A stretch of DNA of 64,000 nucleotides from a virus (Duplodnaviria; Caudoviricetes), in IMG/VR virus record IMGVR_UViG_3300013105_000843, positions 32,001-96,000 of that record. One strand, written 5' to 3'. A model generated the notes under the pieces. The model did no database searches. It saw nothing but the letters and a program-made list of their open reading frames with translations, and was not told the DNA's origin. Position numbers and translations under genes: made by a program. Position 1 is the first letter of the stretch. Every line of letters begins with the position of its first letter. This document shows positions 18,014 to 27,991 of this stretch, piece by piece.

Positions 18014-18562
18014 CTAGTGCGCCTTGCAGGCGACCTCGCCCAGCCACTCAGCCAGGATACCTGGAGCGAAGCTCGCACCGACGTGTCGCTCGAGCAGAGC
18101 GCGGTCCTCCGCGATGGCCGTATCGACGGCGGCGCGCAGTACATCGAAGTGGGCGGCGAACAGTTCTCCGTGCTGATGCCACGGTGCGCAGGCCCGCTTG
18201 GCCCTTGCCTCGAGCCCGTGCGCGTCATATACCGACCAGCTGAACACGATGAGCCAGGGCGTGGCCATGCCGGCGCCGCCCAGTTCGGCGACGCGTGTCT
18301 GCACTGCACGCCGCGTGCAGCCGAGTTTGTACAGCCCCGGCCACGAGGCATTGGCAGCCAAGTACAGATGGCCTGCGCGGGCGGCGCACCAGAGTGGCAG
18401 CCCCTCGACGAGGGCTTCGCGCTCGAGGTCACCGATTTCGCTGTCGTCGAACGTGACCGGCACGCCCCGGCGCGCCTGCTGAACCGCGCGCCGCGCTGCG
18501 GGCAGCGGCTCGAGCTGTTCGAGCACGCGCGGATGTTGCTGCAGCGGGGCCGCGCGGTTCAT
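18014..18562 (-). CDS. T5orf172/GIY-YIG family protein
   Basis: GHLYLAAN..WPGLYKLG.T.R....RVAEL..AG...PW, LE...K, GELF. Confidence 0.75.
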   Translation of the reverse strand: MNRAAPLQQHPRVLEQLEPLPAARRAVQQARRGVPVTFDDSEIGDLEREALVEGLPLWCAARAGHLYLAANASWPGLYKLGCTRRAVQTRVAELGGAGMATPWLIVFSWSVYDAHGLEARAKRACAPWHQHGELFAAHFDVLRAAVDTAIAEDRALLERHVGASFAPGILAEWLGEVACKAH

Positions 18563-19293
18563 ATCAGGTCCAGTTGCCGGACATTGGCCACTGCCCGCAG
18601 CGCCGGCCGAATCACTGACGGCGGGGACACCTGCTCAATCGGGACGCCGCGGCGCAACTGGGCGACGGCGTGGCTGATGGACGTCTTCGCGCCGTCACCC
18701 TGAAGCACTCGGGGGTGCGGGAACAGCGATTTCGCAAAGTCGACGATAGGCGAGCCATCATGGGCCAGACCGAGGCACATCAACGGCACGGGGATTTTTT
18801 CAAAGACCGTGTCGGACACCTCGGCGACTCGCCGCAAGGTCGTCTCGTGGGTCGAAAGCCCCGAGTCGGTAAGATTCGCGGTCTCGTCGGTCAACGAGAC
18901 ATGGATGGCGAGCGCGAGCCTGCCCTGTGCCTGCAAGTGCAGGAACTTGAAGATATCGCTGTAGAAACGGCCCACGTTGCCGAGCTGGACCTCCACGGCG
19001 ACCACCTGGCCGCCGCCGACCTGTCGGCAGAAGTCCACCCGCATGCCATTCGCGCCATCGCTGGCGCCGGTTGCCCGCCATTCGCGCTCCCAGCCCCGGT
19101 CTACCAGTTCCTGTTCGATGTAGGCGTTGAGCACCGGCTGCAGCACGCTTTTGGCCGCCTGCTTTTCCGACTTTCCCCGCCAGTACGGCACCGGCGTAGC
19201 CACGAGTGCGTCAAGCACACTGGCCGCGCATGCCGCCACCTGCTCGTCCCGGAGCGCGCGCTCAGTCTGGTGGTCGAAACGGATGACTTGCAT
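18559..19293 (-). CDS. BglII/BstYI-family PD-(D/E)xK endonuclease
   Basis: LQPVLN..I...L...GW, VDF, VAVEVQLGN and YSD.FKF motifs. Confidence 0.7.
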   Translation of the reverse strand: MQVIRFDHQTERALRDEQVAACAASVLDALVATPVPYWRGKSEKQAAKSVLQPVLNAYIEQELVDRGWEREWRATGASDGANGMRVDFCRQVGGGQVVAVEVQLGNVGRFYSDIFKFLHLQAQGRLALAIHVSLTDETANLTDSGLSTHETTLRRVAEVSDTVFEKIPVPLMCLGLAHDGSPIVDFAKSLFPHPRVLQGDGAKTSISHAVAQLRRGVPIEQVSPPSVIRPALRAVANVRQLDLI

Positions 19294-19377
19294 GTGGCTT
19301 CGCCTTTGGCAAAGCCACGTATAGTTTCAGTTGAAAACCATAAACCGTCGAGTAACGATGGACGCGCTGCCGCGGGT

Positions 19378-19581
19378 CTACTCCGGATGCCCCGCGTAAC
19401 AGCCGAGCAGCGCGAAGACTGCCGTGAACTCGTACTGGCACGTTTCGCACGTGTACTCCTGATGCACCGTCATGGAGCCGATGCCGCACGCCCCGGCGGT
19501 GAGCCGGGTTGACTGGCATGCGGGGCAGAGAGTCAGCGACTGCTTGACCACCCTGGCCTTCCACTCGTCGGAATTCAGCAT
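19378..19581 (-). CDS. small zinc-ribbon protein
   Basis: CPAC...CETC; GGAGG RBS. Confidence 0.6.
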   Translation of the reverse strand: MLNSDEWKARVVKQSLTLCPACQSTRLTAGACGIGSMTVHQEYTCETCQYEFTAVFALLGCYAGHPE

Positions 19582-19708
19582 CGTACCTCCCCTCGCCCTG
19601 GTTCCTGGCATGGTAGTGGGCTTTGGGGATAGCCGCCAGCCGGGCGCGCTCCGGGATTAAATCTGCGATTGGCTCGCGAGCGTTGAGACGTTTCAACGTC
19701 AGGGTAAA

Positions 19709-20218
19709 ATGAAGCACTCGACCGCTTTATCCAGACGCCAGAATCCTGTGAGCCGAAACCTCTCCGCCACCCGCAAACCTGTCCGAAAAACCATCTCTCC
19801 CTTGCTCGGCAAGCTGATGGCGACCGAAGCGGCACCCAATCTCCTTCTCCTCCAGCCCTATGTCGCCCTTGATGTCCTCTGCAGGGGCAAAGGCTCGTCC
19901 GGTGTTGTCACGATATTGGGGCAGCATCTGATTATCTCGGAGCAGTTGTGCCGGGCCGGGTTTGAGCGGACGCAGCTGGGTCCAATCCGGCAAGGCCATG
20001 CGGCGCTCGTGCGCATCGACGGGCAGGCGAAAGAGGGTGGCTCGTGGAGAGCTGAAGGCCAAGATTACGAAGCGCTGCGCGATGCGCTTCAGGTCTACGA
20101 CCGTCAGCTGAGCAGCGCCGCGGCGGCAGAAATCAGGATGGCTCAGTCAGCGATGTCGGAGATGCTCAACTCGCGCCGACAGAAACTCGCTGAGCAGCAG
20201 ACGAGTGCTGTGCGTTGA
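19709..20218 (+). CDS. hypothetical helical protein
   Basis: 169-aa ORF. Confidence 0.6.
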   Translation: MKHSTALSRRQNPVSRNLSATRKPVRKTISPLLGKLMATEAAPNLLLLQPYVALDVLCRGKGSSGVVTILGQHLIISEQLCRAGFERTQLGPIRQGHAALVRIDGQAKEGGSWRAEGQDYEALRDALQVYDRQLSSAAAAEIRMAQSAMSEMLNSRRQKLAEQQTSAVR

Positions 20219-20234
20219 CGCGCGGCATTGCGCT

Positions 20235-20765
20235 TCAGGGCGAAATCGACAGCAGATATGCCGTCGGGTCGCGCAACATGGCCGGCCGCTCCTCGTGCAC
20301 CAGCCATTCGGGCGCGACGCGACTGCCTGCGGTATGGAGTTCCAGGTGCAGCATCGAGCGCGGCCGGCCCTTGTCCCTGGCCAGCACCGGCGTCACGTGG
20401 CCGAGCACCGTGCCCGCCGGCACCCGCGAACCGGAAGTCACACACGGCAGGAGTTCACCATACACCACGACACCTGACTGCCCCTCGACGAACACGGCCC
20501 ACGTATCGAGCCACCACGGTAGCCCCGCGTGCGGCCCGGTGAACGGCGTCACGGCGACCACCTCCCCCTCCTCCACGGCACTCACCGGCGTTCCCTGCGG
20601 CACGTAAAGGTCGACGCCCTCATGAGTGTGGTGCCGGCGCCGCACGCCGAACGCACTAGGGTGCGGCGGCAGCGGCAAGCCCGTGTGCCCGGCGGGCATG
20701 GTGGTGAACGACTCGCCATCGTCGGTGGGCACCAGCAGGAAGGGAATGGGCGTCAGCCAGGTCAT
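20235..20765 (-). CDS. M23 family metallopeptidase
   Basis: HEGVD (HxxxD), P.GTPV.A...G.V and MLHLE (HxE/HxH) motifs; no signal peptide. Confidence 0.8.
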   Translation of the reverse strand: MTWLTPIPFLLVPTDDGESFTTMPAGHTGLPLPPHPSAFGVRRRHHTHEGVDLYVPQGTPVSAVEEGEVVAVTPFTGPHAGLPWWLDTWAVFVEGQSGVVVYGELLPCVTSGSRVPAGTVLGHVTPVLARDKGRPRSMLHLELHTAGSRVAPEWLVHEERPAMLRDPTAYLLSISP

Positions 20766-20778
20766 GATGTGCTGGCGC

Positions 20779-21324
20779 TCAAAAGGCGCACGAGAGCACA
20801 GTGAGTAAGGCGGCAGCCAGCGCCAGTCCTCCAGCGATAATCGGTAGGTACGCGAGCACCACGACGATAGCCGTGGCAACGAAAACCAGTATCTCGGGCA
20901 CGCCACCCGCCGCCAGGAAAGCGTCATATAACGCCTGGGCAGACGGTTGGAACGTGTACAGCCACACGTACAACCCCAGACCGAAGACGAACATCAGCGA
21001 GACGACAGCGATGCGTCGACCCGACCAGATGACCGCATCAACCTTCCAGATGCACAATCCCACTCCGCCGACCAGATGGCCTCCGAGAAGGGCCAACATG
21101 AACCAGCAGAGCACCGGGTGATGTGCGGGCCATTGGATGGCCGCGACGGCCATGCTGATGACGTCGAAAGCACGGGAGAGCCAGTCACCGAGCCGCACAA
21201 GCCCAGGGCCCACGGTGAACGGACTCGTCACCAACAGTACGAGCGCGAAAATGATAACCAGATAGAGACGCAGCGGCGTCACGCGACGCCAATTGGCTGC
21301 AGTCGAATTCGAAGCGGTGGCCAT
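20779..21324 (-). CDS. membrane protein, paralog 2
   Basis: TPLR.YL...TSPFTVGPG and DAF.AAGGVP shared with the upstream gene. Confidence 0.7.
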   Translation of the reverse strand: MATASNSTAANWRRVTPLRLYLVIIFALVLLVTSPFTVGPGLVRLGDWLSRAFDVISMAVAAIQWPAHHPVLCWFMLALLGGHLVGGVGLCIWKVDAVIWSGRRIAVVSLMFVFGLGLYVWLYTFQPSAQALYDAFLAAGGVPEILVFVATAIVVVLAYLPIIAGGLALAAALLTVLSCAF

Positions 21325-21358
21325 GGGAATATCCTTGTCTTGTTGGCTTTCCGCGCGG

Positions 21359-21886
21359 TCACGCGCAGTTTTCTTCAGCTGCCGCACCCACGGTCAACAT
21401 AACGACGACGACCACTGCGCCATGGGGAATGTTGGCTAGAATCACCACCAGCGCGGTTGCAATGAAATTCAGCCATGTCGGTACGCCGCCTGCCGCCGAA
21501 AACGCATCGAACAGGTTTCCGATGGTGGGCGATGCCCAGAAGAACCACTGCTGGGCCGCCACGCCGATGATGCATCCGACTGCGGTCAATGCGATAAAGA
21601 GGCCGCGCGAACCGCCTTTCTTTTTCGCCGGGACGGCCAGTGCGCCGCTAAACAGGGAAAAGCCGATGGCTGCGGTAACGAACCAGGACGAGAGCGGGTT
21701 CCGCGCAGCCCACGCCTTTGTCGAGTCGAACAGACCGGAAAGCACCGTACCGGTATGTGCGAAACCGGGGCCGACCGTGAACGGACTCGTTATGACAAGC
21801 AGAAGCAGCGCCGTGCCGAGAAGGTACGCGCGCAGCGGCGTGAGGCGAAACCCGCAATTGGCGGGGGACTGGGTAACGGTGGTCAT
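21359..21886 (-). CDS. membrane protein, paralog 1
   Basis: Same motifs as the downstream gene; about 4 TM segments. Confidence 0.7.
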   Translation of the reverse strand: MTTVTQSPANCGFRLTPLRAYLLGTALLLLVITSPFTVGPGFAHTGTVLSGLFDSTKAWAARNPLSSWFVTAAIGFSLFSGALAVPAKKKGGSRGLFIALTAVGCIIGVAAQQWFFWASPTIGNLFDAFSAAGGVPTWLNFIATALVVILANIPHGAVVVVVMLTVGAAAEENCA

Positions 21887-21921
21887 GATTTTGGCCTTAT
21901 GTGTGGTCGGGTGCTGAGCAA

Positions 21922-22317
21922 TCAGGTCCGGGAGGGCGGCGGGACCGCGCCCGCGCCGAAAAGCTCACGCAGTCTGGCCACGCGCTCGGTGTCCAACAGC
22001 GCGGGATTCTCGAGCACGCGCTGGGCGCGATAGCGAGCGGCAGACAGCATGTCGAGCTGAACATGAAGCTTCGCGAGCGATTCGCCGGCCGGGCCGAGCC
22101 GTTTCGCTGTGTGCAGGAAGACCTTGCCATGGTCCCAGTCGAAGCCGGCCGACGCGTCGGTGATGGCCACCGTCGGACGGCCGCCCATAATGGTGTAGCC
22201 GGGGTCGAAGGCGATGACAGCAGGCTGGTCGCCCTGCCCTGCCGCGCACATGGCGTTCAGGCGTTCCGCCAGTTCGAGGACAGACAGTCCCAGCTCGTCG
22301 TGAGTCGATGCGGTCAT
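21922..22317 (-). CDS. hypothetical protein
   Basis: GAGGAG RBS; promoter TTGTCA-17 nt-TATAGT at 22345-22373. Confidence 0.7.
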   Translation of the reverse strand: MTASTHDELGLSVLELAERLNAMCAAGQGDQPAVIAFDPGYTIMGGRPTVAITDASAGFDWDHGKVFLHTAKRLGPAGESLAKLHVQLDMLSAARYRAQRVLENPALLDTERVARLRELFGAGAVPPPSRT

Positions 22318-22602
22318 GATGAACTCCTCTACAGAAGTTCATGAACTATACCAATAAATGCCTTATTTGACAAGTTATGTTTGTGCGGGGTCACTCTGTG
22401 GCCCAGGGCACAACGTGCGCGCCGCCGCTTACTGGGCCACACCCATGACCAGGCCGTCGTCACGTGGCATGCCGACGAGGCTAGGCCCATCCGGGCATCC
22501 TTCCTTGTGCGGTGTGCCGATGAGCGCGAGGCAGTGCGGGCAGAGGTTGGCGGCCGCGGCTGGCGTGGTCGGGGGAATTGTGTTGTTCGGGTCCATCGCG
22601 CG

Positions 22603-23040
22603 CTACCCCTGACGAGTTTCGCGAGCTTTGCGGTCTAGAAATTCTACCAACCCAACGGTTTCGCTATTCTCGACCATCACCTCGAACTCTGAACGTCCCC
22701 AACGGGTCAGCCTGGCCTCGCGAAAAAGTCGCACGTTACGGCTGCTGTCAGCCGCAACCTTTCGGTCGGAGGGGGCCATCGATGCGGCAAGCCCTTCTTC
22801 CCACTGCTCGGCACAGATGAAAACCGCGAACGCCACTTTCTGTTCGGCAGCGTCGAGCTGTGCGAGCTTTCGGCCCTTGAGCTTGCGCATCGCCTCTGCC
22901 TCGGCCCGTGCTGCCTTCCAGTGTTCGCTCTCACGCGGATAAGCATCCGCCAGCGCCAGGCGGTCGGCGATGGCGAGAGGCAGCGCACGGGAGAACAACG
23001 TATCGTGGGAAAGCTTGGGCATATCCGGTTCCTTTGGCAA
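22603..23040 (-). CDS. hypothetical protein
   Basis: About 140-aa ORF in a co-oriented run. Confidence 0.6.
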   Translation of the reverse strand: MPKEPDMPKLSHDTLFSRALPLAIADRLALADAYPRESEHWKAARAEAEAMRKLKGRKLAQLDAAEQKVAFAVFICAEQWEEGLAASMAPSDRKVAADSSRNVRLFREARLTRWGRSEFEVMVENSETVGLVEFLDRKARETRQG

Positions 23041-23054
23041 CGACGCGTACTGTA

Positions 23055-23804
23055 TCAGGCCTGGCGCGCGAAGCGGCTACGCCGATGCTGCAGATTCAGC
23101 GACTGCACGGTAGCGTAGCGCGGCACCACCTTCCCGCAGAGCGCTTCGACCCGGGCGCGATACGCGGCAAAGCCGTTTTCGGGTCTTTCGTTGTGCGGAG
23201 GTAGCGCGAGCATGCGGTATCGGCGCTCAGGGACAAAGCCGCCCGGTGCGCGTTCGTTTTCGTCGAGGAAGGCGACCGCCTGGTCCTCGTCGAGATGCAG
23301 GCTGACCGGCGCATCCTGGCGCCCCTGGCCCGCCGCCCACTCGGCGGTTGGCGCATACGTGACCACGACGACTTCGAAGGCTGCCTGATGGCGCAGCTTC
23401 CGGTTGTGCGCGTCCGCCATTTCGACGTGAAGCCGACGCAGCTCATCCGCGCATGCGGCCGACACCGCCGAGACAGTCGACAGATTGCGCAGGCAGCGCG
23501 CTTCCTGGGCCGCCTCCGACTCTTCCCCGCGCGGTCCGGTGTCGATGAACGCCCAGTCGCACACGAGCCGGAGCTGGCCACGGTGCCACATGCGTACCTT
23601 CACCGGCGCGTCGCCGTCGACATCGCGACCCCACTTCAGGTCCAACATCTCGCCGACGAGGTCATCGGCGGTGGTCAGCACTTCGCGCGGGATATTCGGC
23701 CAGTCCCCGTCGCCGTGGTCCGGCGTCATGAGGAAGGCCTTGAGCTTCGCGAGACAGGCGTCGACGGCGGCCTCGTGCTTTTTCATGTTGATGCGGTCGG
23801 TCAT
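23055..23804 (-). CDS. hypothetical protein
   Basis: 249-aa ORF with GAGGA RBS. Confidence 0.65.
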   Translation of the reverse strand: MTDRINMKKHEAAVDACLAKLKAFLMTPDHGDGDWPNIPREVLTTADDLVGEMLDLKWGRDVDGDAPVKVRMWHRGQLRLVCDWAFIDTGPRGEESEAAQEARCLRNLSTVSAVSAACADELRRLHVEMADAHNRKLRHQAAFEVVVVTYAPTAEWAAGQGRQDAPVSLHLDEDQAVAFLDENERAPGGFVPERRYRMLALPPHNERPENGFAAYRARVEALCGKVVPRYATVQSLNLQHRRSRFARQA

Positions 23805-23825
23805 GGTGTGTCCTCGATGCCTGAG

Positions 23826-24341
23826 TCAGTAGAGGTCGTCTTCGCTGCGGACCTTGAGCGCGCCGTCACGCCATCTGAATTCCCACGTCGTGTAGCAGTT
23901 GTGGCTAGTTTCGACGTGCAGGAATCCCCACAGCGAACCGTCCTCGTTCAGCCGCGCGGAATTGATGCGGTTGACGCGAGCTGTGACCTGCTGGCCCGAC
24001 ACATCGTTGAGCAGCTGGCGGCCGTCGGGCAGCGTGACGGCGCCGGCGGCCAGGAGCGCAGCCAGCTGCGCCGAAGCGTCGGCATTCGCCTGCGCGATGT
24101 TGGCCCGCATCCGCTGATTGAGCGAAGCACGGGCTTCGCGAAACGTGTCGATGAGCTGCTGGCCGTCAACGCCGAGACAACGAACCAGCAACGCGACGCT
24201 CGAGTCGTCGCGCTCGACGCCTTTCAGCACGAGGCTCAGCATGATGCTGGCAGAGAGCTGTCGCTCAGCCGCGGTGACGGCTTGCGCCAGGGCCTTTGCG
24301 TCGACCGTGCCGACGCTCCCGGTGACAGCACATTCATCCAT
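23826..24341 (-). CDS. hypothetical protein
   Basis: Start at MDECAV with GGAG RBS. Confidence 0.6.
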   Translation of the reverse strand: MDECAVTGSVGTVDAKALAQAVTAAERQLSASIMLSLVLKGVERDDSSVALLVRCLGVDGQQLIDTFREARASLNQRMRANIAQANADASAQLAALLAAGAVTLPDGRQLLNDVSGQQVTARVNRINSARLNEDGSLWGFLHVETSHNCYTTWEFRWRDGALKVRSEDDLY

Positions 24342-24397
24342 TCGGAACTCCACTAAGAAAGTAGCCGCACGCCGGGTCGACGTGCGTGGCGAGCGAA

Positions 24398-26233
24398 TCA
24401 GACCGTTGCTGGAACCAGGCGAATGCGTCCTTCGCCCGCGAGCACCTTCACGGTCGGGCAGCTGAACGGCTTCAGCGTCTCGGTCGGCACGTAGAGCTTG
24501 GCGCGCCCCGGCGAGTGTTCGGTGACCGTCATACCCCCCTCGCCCACCAGCTCGAGCTGAAGCTCGGACTCCATCGGCACGACGCGGTACTTCAGCCCCG
24601 GCGCGAAGCCGAACTGCTGGAGCCACTTGCCCTGCATCTGCAACCGCTTGCCCTCGGGAATCGAATAGCAGCCAACTTCCACGGCCGCGACCGGCTTGAC
24701 CCGATTGCGCTGGCGGCGAATGCGGCTCGCCTGCGCAACGTCCGACTGGCCCCGGTCGGTGCGCCGAGCCTTGGCGGCCGACTTGTGCTTGGCTGCGCGC
24801 CTTCCATACACGGGAAGCCCGTGGCGCTGCAGGAGCCGTTCAACATCCACTCGACCTACCGGCATCTGTTCGAGCCCCTCGCACAGCGCGGCGAGGTCGC
24901 TGTCCCAGCGCGTCAGGACCAGCCGGCCCGGCAGCGCGATGACCCGAAGCAAGGGCGCGTCGCGCAGCAGCGTCTGCTTGAGCGAGAAGTCGTGATAGGG
25001 CGAGTCCTGCGACGGACTGCCAACCCGGAAACTTGCCGCCGAGGCGGCATCGCACTTCTCGGCCACCAGGGCATTGTGATACTCGACCAGGTGGGCGGCG
25101 TCGCCGATGGCAAAGCCGGCGAGCGACCAGATGCGGCCGTAGACGTTCAGATGACCGTCAAGCACCGTCATGGCCTTCCATGTCGCCGGGCGGGCTTCAC
25201 CGGGCGCAAATACAGACAGGGGTGAAGCATTCCCGACAAGCGGGCGCCGCTCGTTGTCGAGGTCGATGGTGGGCTGCGCGAGCGGAGTGGCCGGCATGTC
25301 TTGTCGCGCGTCTTGCGAATTCGACAGAAGCAGCTCCTTGAGCGTCAGCCGCTGCGGGGTGCCATCGCAGAGGCGACCGATATTGGTTTCGGGCGTCGTC
25401 AAGATGAGCCGCCCGGGCAACGCGATGGCCCGAATCTTGTCAGCGTTGGCGATATCGCACAGCAGGCTGCCGACATAGTGCCGCGGTCGCTCGCTGTTGC
25501 CGTCTTTGACGAGGACGCTGTGCCTAGCGTCCTCGGTACACTTTTCCACGACCGTCGCGTTGCGATAACGGGTGAACCGTATCGCATCGCCAGCCACGAA
25601 GCCCGCGAGCCACCACACCGGGCCGGCAACGCTTGCGGTACGACTGACCGCGCCGGGACGCGTCAGGCAGAGCGTGAAATCCGACCAGCCGCGAACGTCA
25701 ATGCCGTTCGGACACAGTTCGTTTTTCAGCGCGGAGACGATGCCAAGGCCCATCCTTCGCCACATCTCATGCTCGTGCACTTCGACTTGAGCCGCAAGCT
25801 TCAGCGCATCAGTCATGGTCGTAACAATCAGATAGTCCGGACCCTGAACGAGGGCCATCGTGCGGTTGGTAATACGTTTCGGGACTCCGTAATTCCGGAC
25901 CAACGGGAAACCCTTGGACTCGGCACACTGCTGGAACTGCCCGCCGCGCGCATCGCCCCAGATGAGAACGCGATTGCCATGCGTCGCGACCTGAACACCT
26001 CGTTCGGGATGCATGCCGGCTTCGCGCATCAGCTTCACGGGAACGCGTAGTCGTGCCCACTGTCGCTTGAGCCCGAGGTTGGTGTGCACGGCAATGGCTG
26101 GCGCCAGCTCGGGCCAGTGGCGCAGCGCCGGATAGCCCAGCAGCCCAGTGCTTTTCAGTCCCGGGGTCTGCTTCTCGATGGCGGATGCCGGGGTCCCGGC
26201 AGGGGTCGGTTTCGAACTTGTCGATGCGTGCAT
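24398..26233 (-). CDS. multi-domain SymE/AbrB-like repeat protein
   Basis: Repeated units WWLAGFVAGD, WSLAGFAIGD, KWLQQFGFAPG and LMREAGMHP; promoter TTGCGT-16 nt-TATACT at 26261-26288. Confidence 0.6.
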   Translation of the reverse strand: MHASTSSKPTPAGTPASAIEKQTPGLKSTGLLGYPALRHWPELAPAIAVHTNLGLKRQWARLRVPVKLMREAGMHPERGVQVATHGNRVLIWGDARGGQFQQCAESKGFPLVRNYGVPKRITNRTMALVQGPDYLIVTTMTDALKLAAQVEVHEHEMWRRMGLGIVSALKNELCPNGIDVRGWSDFTLCLTRPGAVSRTASVAGPVWWLAGFVAGDAIRFTRYRNATVVEKCTEDARHSVLVKDGNSERPRHYVGSLLCDIANADKIRAIALPGRLILTTPETNIGRLCDGTPQRLTLKELLLSNSQDARQDMPATPLAQPTIDLDNERRPLVGNASPLSVFAPGEARPATWKAMTVLDGHLNVYGRIWSLAGFAIGDAAHLVEYHNALVAEKCDAASAASFRVGSPSQDSPYHDFSLKQTLLRDAPLLRVIALPGRLVLTRWDSDLAALCEGLEQMPVGRVDVERLLQRHGLPVYGRRAAKHKSAAKARRTDRGQSDVAQASRIRRQRNRVKPVAAVEVGCYSIPEGKRLQMQGKWLQQFGFAPGLKYRVVPMESELQLELVGEGGMTVTEHSPGRAKLYVPTETLKPFSCPTVKVLAGEGRIRLVPATV

Positions 26234-26327
26234 GGCCTAAATCTCCTGGAGAGTGGCGCTAGTATACTCATTTAATCACACAACGCAAGTTAAAGATTGG
26301 AAAATCCCAGGCAATCACGGTGCGATT

Positions 26328-26903
26328 TCAGACCGGCGCGCGCCACTGCTGGCGACGGTGCCGCTTCCAGTTGCGGTCGTCACGAGCGGCTACCCCGAAA
26401 TCATCGTAGTCACTCGGCAGGTTCCGGAAGCTGCGTTTGGCGCGCGGCGCCGGTTCGTCCGCCACCACCTGCGCGAGGCGTCGCTCGTTGAGCGTGCCCG
26501 GCCGGCGGAAGTAGTGCCCCCCGCGCGGGCGGCGGACAAACGGCACCGGGCCGATGCCATTCCAGTTCGCCCACACACGGTCGCGGCGGCTCCGCCAGCC
26601 CGGGCGTCGCGAGAGCAGCGGCTTGAAGTCGTCTGCAGTGAGCGACTCGCCGAAGTCGCCGCGCATGATGTAGCGCGACTCGGTGTAGACCGGCTCCGTG
26701 AACCAGCGCAGCCGCCCGGTCAGCGGGTCCTGGACCGGGTAGCGCGCCGCGCGCGAAAACATGCGGAAGTCTGCCGCGACGTGGTTGCACATCCAGCGAT
26801 AGCCGAGCTGGCGAAGGGCGTCGGACATCGACGCGAAGACGCGGACCTCGCCGTCGCGGGAAAACAGCGTGACGGCGGGCTCGTGGGCCTTGATGACATG
26901 CAT
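26328..26903 (-). CDS. Arg-rich hypothetical protein
   Basis: 191-aa ORF with AGGAG RBS; C-terminal LP..YDD...RNWK.HR..QW. Confidence 0.65.
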   Translation of the reverse strand: MHVIKAHEPAVTLFSRDGEVRVFASMSDALRQLGYRWMCNHVAADFRMFSRAARYPVQDPLTGRLRWFTEPVYTESRYIMRGDFGESLTADDFKPLLSRRPGWRSRRDRVWANWNGIGPVPFVRRPRGGHYFRRPGTLNERRLAQVVADEPAPRAKRSFRNLPSDYDDFGVAARDDRNWKRHRRQQWRAPV

Positions 26904-27103
26904 GGTGGGGCTCCTAGAGAAAGTCTCTAGTGCCCGTGCAGTGCAATGTAATTGCGGTAGGTCATGAAGAAGGCGGCGCAGCGAGGGCGGGTTGTTTCAA
27001 TGGAGTATACGTTATAATTGAAATATGGCAAGTTTAGCTGCGCCACATAGAAGAAAGCCCACCATGGTAGGCGGGCTTTCGTGAGGTATTGCGAGACAGT
27101 GCC

Positions 27104-27373
27104 CTATGCCTGCGGATTCGACGCCGCGGCGATGCGCCGGATGTGCTCCCGGTCCGCGAGCGCGGCATAGGCGCCTCGCGCGACACCATCGAGCAGCGAC
27201 ACGGCCACCCAAACCGTGCTGTCTTTCGACCACACGACCTTGCGCGGCTCTATCTTGTCCACCGCCCACATGTTGCCGACGCACGGTTCACGGCCCTCGT
27301 TCAGCGTGTGGAAGAGCTGGACAGCGAGCTTACAGGCCTGGGTCGGGTTGTCGACCGGAAACTGACCGGACAC
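27104..27373 (-). CDS. hypothetical protein
   Basis: 89-aa ORF; terminator-like hairpin at about 27053-27080. Confidence 0.5.
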   Translation of the reverse strand: MSGQFPVDNPTQACKLAVQLFHTLNEGREPCVGNMWAVDKIEPRKVVWSKDSTVWVAVSLLDGVARGAYAALADREHIRRIAAASNPQA

Positions 27374-27376
27374 GGC

Positions 27377-27646
27377 TCAGTGCAAGGTCGCTTCGTAGCG
27401 GTCGGTCAGCACCTGGACAGCACGCAGGGTTTCGACCACCAGCCTGTTGCGGGTGTTGGTCTCGACGTCGTAGTGCTGCTCGATGAGGTCGGCAAACTCG
27501 TCGAGCCGGTATTCACGCGGGGGCTGGCTCGACAGCAGGAAGCCGTAGGCCTCGATGGCGAAGTCGACCAGATGCCCCTGGATGGATATGGCGCGCACGC
27601 TCGTGCGGCAGATAGCCCGGGCGGGCGTAACAGTCAGGATGTTCAT
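27377..27646 (-). CDS. hypothetical protein
   Basis: GAGGA RBS, start at MNILTV. Confidence 0.55.
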   Translation of the reverse strand: MNILTVTPARAICRTSVRAISIQGHLVDFAIEAYGFLLSSQPPREYRLDEFADLIEQHYDVETNTRNRLVVETLRAVQVLTDRYEATLH

Positions 27647-27730
27647 GATGTGTCCTCGGTTGTATTTCGGGAACTGCGCACGGTATAGCGCGACCGAGGG
27701 CACCAGGTGAGTGGAGGAGGACCCCCTGTA

Positions 27731-27988
27731 TCAATCTGCTGCTGTGTTGGAATCTGACGGGTGCAGCCGGTCGAAGGCGGCCTTGGGGTTCTCTGCGGCC
27801 AGGTCAGCCAGCTCCGGGGCGAGCGCCTTCAGCGCGTTCCAAGCCCAGGCGCGGTGCTTGTGTGCGCATTCGCGAAAATACTGGATGGCGACCAGCTCGC
27901 GAAGGCAAGTGGTCAGGGCATCATCGGTCAGCGGCGGAATCTCCGCGCGCGGCACATATTCGACGCCATCGATGACGACGGTCGGCAT
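27731..27988 (-). CDS. hypothetical protein
   Basis: 85-aa ORF, V.IDGVEYVP start. Confidence 0.6.
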   Translation of the reverse strand: MPTVVIDGVEYVPRAEIPPLTDDALTTCLRELVAIQYFRECAHKHRAWAWNALKALAPELADLAAENPKAAFDRLHPSDSNTAAD

Positions 27989-27991
27989 GAG

